Assembly: GCA_041662525.1 (NCBI GenBank)
Contig: JBAZSF010000002.1
Coordinates: forward strand, 3,121 to 67,120
Source: Minisyncoccota bacterium
GTDB taxonomy: Bacteria > Patescibacteriota > Minisyncoccia > Phycocordibacterales > UBA9973
DNA length: 64,000 nt
Reading direction: 5' to 3'
Below are positions 63,669 through 64,000 of this stretch, in pieces. Both the position numbers and the translations under genes were made by a program. How positions within the stretch are numbered: position 1 is the stretch's first letter; each line of letters starts with the position of its first letter. Under the pieces are notes generated by a model. That model made no database searches and had not been told where the DNA came from. It was given only the letters and a program-made list of their open reading frames with translations.

Positions 63669-64000
63669 ATGTCTTTACAACCAGTTGAGGCAGGGCTCAT
63701 GTCTTCCCTTTCTTCTATCTTTGTCGGTGATCAGGCATATGCGCTTCAAGCCAATGTTTCCTCTATTTCAATCTTAGAGGACAAAAACAGTAAAGATGAC
63801 GTCAATATTACTGACGATACAAACATAAATATAGATAATATTTCTGAAGACAAAGCACTTTCTCCTAATATTGGTTTAATGGGCGTGTCAGACGAAAAAG
63901 ATATTTTTGACTCTTCTGGAGAAGATATTAGTGTTTATGTGGTGAGAAAGGGTGATTCTATTTCACAAATAGCTGATATGTTTGAGGTTTCAACTAATAC
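63669..64000 (+). CDS. LysM-domain protein (3' partial; true start probably upstream non-ATG, signal peptide 'ISAFSLLFGVIFMSLQPVEA')
   Basis: Frame open from 63456 to window end. C-terminal 'YVVRKGDSISQIADMFEVSTN' is the start of a LysM motif. Overlapping minus ORF 63479-63700 judged spurious. Confidence 0.5.
   Translation, partial: MSLQPVEAGLMSSLSSIFVGDQAYALQANVSSISILEDKNSKDDVNITDDTNINIDNISEDKALSPNIGLMGVSDEKDIFDSSGEDISVYVVRKGDSISQIADMFEVSTN

Noticed and set aside
63479-63700. Minus-strand 73-aa ORF in ORF track
   Set aside because: It overlaps the better-supported plus-strand LysM protein N-terminus/signal peptide and has no motif.
1-64000. CRISPR arrays, rRNA genes, integrase/transposase genes
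   Set aside because: No regular repeat-spacer arrays, no rRNA-like conserved stretches and no recombinase/transposase ORFs were seen. The repeats present are short palindromes/MITEs without encoded transposase.

Overview
This is an AT-rich, gene-dense bacterial chromosomal segment. Gene content and order suggest a reduced-genome, Patescibacteria/CPR-like organism, but that placement is tentative.

The chromosomal backbone includes:
- a proBCA proline operon;
- a uvrB-(secreted hypothetical)-uvrA-uvrC cluster, plus ruvA/mutM and ruvB-ruvC;
- polA, a PilB/GspE ATPase, tyrS, a class A PBP and tRNA-Lys(UUU);
- a dnaN-dnaA origin region abutting the divergent rpmH-rnpA-yidD-yidC-jag operon, with DnaA boxes visible;
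- an ECF sigma factor followed by a putative anti-sigma factor and a MacAB-like efflux operon.

The most striking feature is a population of small palindromic repeat families. Some copies are intergenic (one MITE-like with clear terminal inverted repeats). Others sit IN-FRAME inside essential genes (uvrB, pcrA at two sites, ksgA at two sites, yidD), adding 15-65 aa peptide segments, a pattern reminiscent of Rickettsia palindromic elements.

A second notable region (43.5-57.7 kb) is a Gram-positive-type T4SS-like cluster. It carries a PrgI/VirB3-like protein, an apparently split VirB4, a VirB6-like polytopic protein, a membrane-anchored NlpC/P60 hydrolase and large secreted Ig-like proteins. 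No coupling protein or relaxase is present in the window.

The 5'-truncated first gene encodes a surface protein with two eukaryote-style thrombospondin type-1 (WSxWS) repeats.
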